A DNA stretch of 56,095 nucleotides, from the NCBI GenBank assembly GCA_945888895.1, contig CAMDAY010000001.1, forward strand, positions 1-56,095, read 5' to 3'. The DNA is from Dehalococcoides mccartyi (lineage in GTDB: Bacteria > Chloroflexota > Dehalococcoidia > UBA2979). This document shows positions 53,568 through 56,095 of the stretch, one piece after another. The position numbers and the translations under genes are program-made. The notes under the pieces are model-generated. The model did no database searches and had not been told where the DNA came from. It saw only the letters and a program-made list of their open reading frames with translations. Numbering within the stretch: the stretch's first letter is position 1; the number at the start of each line of letters is the position of its first letter.

Positions 53568-54884
53568 ATGATCTCAGAAGCCTCTCCCCGCGCCGAGCAC
53601 ACCGACCCCCATCGCGGCGCGGGACACTTCTATGGCTGGAACGTGCTCGCGGCGGGTAGCCTGATCATGGGCGTGGCCTCCGGCGTCTCGGGGTACGCGG
53701 CGACGATCTTCTTCGTGCCGATCTCGACCGCGCTCGGACTGAGTCACGCGGCGACGTCGCTGGCCACCTCGGTCGCTCGCCTGGAGAACAGCTTCCTGGC
53801 GTTCTTCGTGGGGTACGCGATCGACCGATTCGGGCCGCGGCCGGCGATCGCCGTCGGCATGACCCTCACGGGCGTCGGTCTGATCATGTTCGGGCTGTTC
53901 GCGAACTCGCTGCTCACGCTGATCGTCACGTGGAGCTTCATGGTCGCCCTCGGCGCGAGCGTGGGCGGGTTCGCGCCGGTCTGGGCCGCGCTGAACAACT
54001 GGTTCGTGCGACGCAAGGGCCGCGCCATGGGCGTCGGCATGGCGGCGCAGTCGCTGGGCGGGCTGCTGATCGCACCGGTGCTGGCGTTGCTGATCGCAAC
54101 GTGGGGCTGGCGCATCGCGGCAGTGATCGTCGGTGTCTGCGTGCTGGTGATCACGCTCCCGGCCTCTCGTGTGATGCACGGCCGACCGTCAGACCTCGGC
54201 CTGCTGCCCGACGGCGACGCACCAGTCGATGCACGCGAGGACATTGAACCGTCGCCCGAGCGTGCCGGAATCGTGCAGCGCCCCGTCGACAACTTCTCGC
54301 TCCGGCAGGCGATGCGCACGCCCACGCTGTGGATCCTCGGCCTGGCGTTCGGCATCCGGCAGATGGTGTCCGGCGGCGTCACGCTTCATCTCTCGCCCAT
54401 GCTGCAGGCCGAGGGCCTGAGCAGCGTCCACGCGGGTGCGATGGTGGGACTGCTGGCGTTCATGGGGGTGGTCGGCGCCCTCGTCATCGGTACGCTCGCC
54501 GATCGGTTCGAGCGGCGTCGAGTCGCGGGCGCCGTCGTGGTGATCGAGTCGTTGTCGCTGTTCGTGCTCTTCTTCGGCGAGGTCGGGTGGACGCTGTACC
54601 TGTCCCTGATCGGATACGGCTTCGCGATCGGCGTGCACACGCTAAACCGCGTGCTGTTGGGCGACTACTTTGGTCAGACGCACTACGCGCGGCTCTGGGG
54701 ACTGCTCAGCGTCGCCACGACGCCGCTGGCGATCACCGGCCCAGTGCTTGCGGGGTGGGTGTTCGATACGAGCCAGAGCTATGACTCCGTGATCCTCGTA
54801 TTCGCCGTGCTGCTCGCGGTCGCCGCAGTCGGCTACTTCAACTGCCGCCCCCCTGCCGCGCCGATAGCGCCGATCACGGCGTGA
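53568..54884 (+). CDS. MFS transporter (oxalate/formate-antiporter-like subfamily)
   Basis: ATG at 53568 gives 438 aa: '[15 protein letters not shown]' and '[25 protein letters not shown]'. The ORF-track extension upstream runs antisense to the M42 gene. Confidence 0.85.
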   Translation: MISEASPRAEHTDPHRGAGHFYGWNVLAAGSLIMGVASGVSGYAATIFFVPISTALGLSHAATSLATSVARLENSFLAFFVGYAIDRFGPRPAIAVGMTLTGVGLIMFGLFANSLLTLIVTWSFMVALGASVGGFAPVWAALNNWFVRRKGRAMGVGMAAQSLGGLLIAPVLALLIATWGWRIAAVIVGVCVLVITLPASRVMHGRPSDLGLLPDGDAPVDAREDIEPSPERAGIVQRPVDNFSLRQAMRTPTLWILGLAFGIRQMVSGGVTLHLSPMLQAEGLSSVHAGAMVGLLAFMGVVGALVIGTLADRFERRRVAGAVVVIESLSLFVLFFGEVGWTLYLSLIGYGFAIGVHTLNRVLLGDYFGQTHYARLWGLLSVATTPLAITGPVLAGWVFDTSQSYDSVILVFAVLLAVAAVGYFNCRPPAAPIAPITA

Positions 54885-55913
54885 TCGAGGCCGGCGTGGC
54901 GGAGGGCGTCGCGCTCGGTGATGCCGAGGGCAACGGGATCGGCGATGTGGTCGCGACGGGCGTCGGCGTCGGGGTGACGCTCGGGATCCTCGTGGCGGTT
55001 GGACTCGGCGACGGCGTCGCGGTCGGCGAGGGCGACGGCGCGGGCGTTGCGACCGGCGTGGGCGCGGGGGCGGGCGTGGGGCCGCCGCTCTCGCGGATGA
55101 TCACGCGCATGTTCGAGGAACCGAACAGCCAGAGGAACTGCGCGTCCGGAAGCTGCAGACCGATGCAACCGTGGCTTGTCGGCGTCAACCCGAACACTCC
55201 GACCGGCTGCCAGTAGTTGAGGTGCATCGCGAACCCGCCCGCGGCGAAGTACTGCGTGAACAGCACGTTCTGCACGTCGTAGAACTCGCTCTCGTCGAAA
55301 CCGGCGCTCGAGGAGGTCATGCGCTCATTGGGCACGCGCGCCTGCACGGCGAACGCCCCGGTCGGGGTCTCGAAGTCGGCGGATCCGGTCGTGACGTGCA
55401 TCTCACGGACGGCGCGGTCGCCCTCCATCGCCCACGCGGTCTGCGCGCCGAGGTCGACGATCACGTACCGCTCCGCGGAGGCGCGTGCGGCGGGGATGCC
55501 GTCGCCCGCGAGCATCACGAACAGCCGGTACAGGTAGCTGCCGTCGGAGAGCCGGTACCAGACGCGCTCCCATTCGTGCGAGACCGGCACCCAATCCTGC
55601 TCGCCGATGATCCAGTTGTCGCCGCGCTCGGCCGCCACGAGGTCCACCGTGGCGCCGGCCGGGAGCTGACGCACGGCCCGCGCGCTCATCGACGGTGCGG
55701 AGCGCGTGGCGGTGGGTAGCACGAGGGTTGCCGAGGTGGGGGGAACGGCAGCGGGGTCGGAGGGGCGATCGGAGTCGCGGTGGGACTGGGCGATGGCGTC
55801 GCCGTGGTCGTCGCCGTGACCTCGGGCCGATCGGTAGCCGATGCGGTCGTCGACGTGCTGACCTGCACCGCCGGAGCGGCCCTGGTGCCGCCACATGCGC
55901 CGGCGACGAGCAC
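54874..55913 (-). pseudogene. L,D-transpeptidase (YkuD domain) with SH3-like region and Pro/Thr tail; N-terminal signal region in a different frame
   Basis: Frame A (54874..55947) has '[24 protein letters not shown]' (the YkuD catalytic His/Cys) and the tail '[30 protein letters not shown]'. Frame B (55686..55913 and open further upstream) reads '..[44 protein letters not shown]'. The two frames meet at a G6 run, 55738-55743. Confidence 0.6.
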
Positions 55914-56095
55914 CAGCAGGCAAGAGCCGAGGAGGCCGACGAGCCAAGACGACGCGTGGCCGCGTCGGGAGTTAGAAGTATCTCGACGAGCCCCGTCACC
56001 ACGTCGAGTTGGTGCAGGATATCTTCGCGAAGATCGGTCTCGACACTGCGACGGAGACGCCGGCCGTGAAGTCGATGAAGGACGCCGCAGAGGCC

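Noticed and set aside
1-56095. A search by eye for CRISPR arrays, tRNA or rRNA signatures (T-loop GGTTCGAATCC-like motifs), IS elements or transposases, integrases, phage genes, toxin-antitoxin pairs and known defence-system genes.
   Set aside because: None were found. The only regularly recurring sequences are the hairpin repeat families, which lack spacer periodicity and have no associated cas or transposase genes in the window.

Overview
This is a high-GC bacterial chromosomal window (roughly two-thirds G+C by eye). It is almost fully coding, with about 50 supportable protein genes. I found no rRNA, tRNA, CRISPR array, transposase or integrase.

The content is mostly redox, acyl-CoA and organic-acid metabolism:
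- a soluble NAD-type formate dehydrogenase operon, fdsG-fdsB-fdsA-fdsD-fdhD, on the minus strand (22547-28634)
- F420 cofactor genes: cofC/cofD at 8730-10342, a stand-alone FbiB-C-terminal-like nitroreductase at 1495-2100, and a PPOX-class enzyme at 45967-46368
- a type I Baeyer-Villiger monooxygenase and a second flavin monooxygenase
- an FMN alpha-hydroxy-acid oxidase
- two PAL-like NHL beta-propellers
- two crotonases, crotonyl-CoA carboxylase/reductase, and two family-III CoA-transferases
- two amidases
- a thiolase/DUF35 pair
- six MFS transporters

Envelope-related genes are also present:
- a tight operon of protease, MoxR, DUF58, VWA and VWA, preceded by a sortase-fold lipoprotein
- a secreted lysozyme-fold/SH3b protein
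- an L,D-transpeptidase

The gene content fits Actinomycetota or Chloroflexota (Thermomicrobia-like), but I cannot decide between them from sequence alone.

Two kinds of non-genic structure stand out:
- Three related families of GC-rich hairpin repeats lie strictly between genes, in 10 copies, and often side by side.
- Three genes are broken by single frame shifts: a PLD/cardiolipin-synthase-like gene, an amidase and the L,D-transpeptidase. This means either indel errors in the assembly or real pseudogenisation.

I cannot demonstrate a clearly novel system. The best second-look candidates are:
- the truncated-membrane-protein plus GGxGxD-secreted-protein pair (38369-39699)
- the protease-MoxR-DUF58-VWA-VWA operon with the Cys-to-Ser sortase-like lipoprotein (29418-35233)
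- the repeat families
- the small ORFs and palindrome downstream of the DHA2 exporter (43911-44276)

All family assignments rest on motif recognition by eye, not on database searches.
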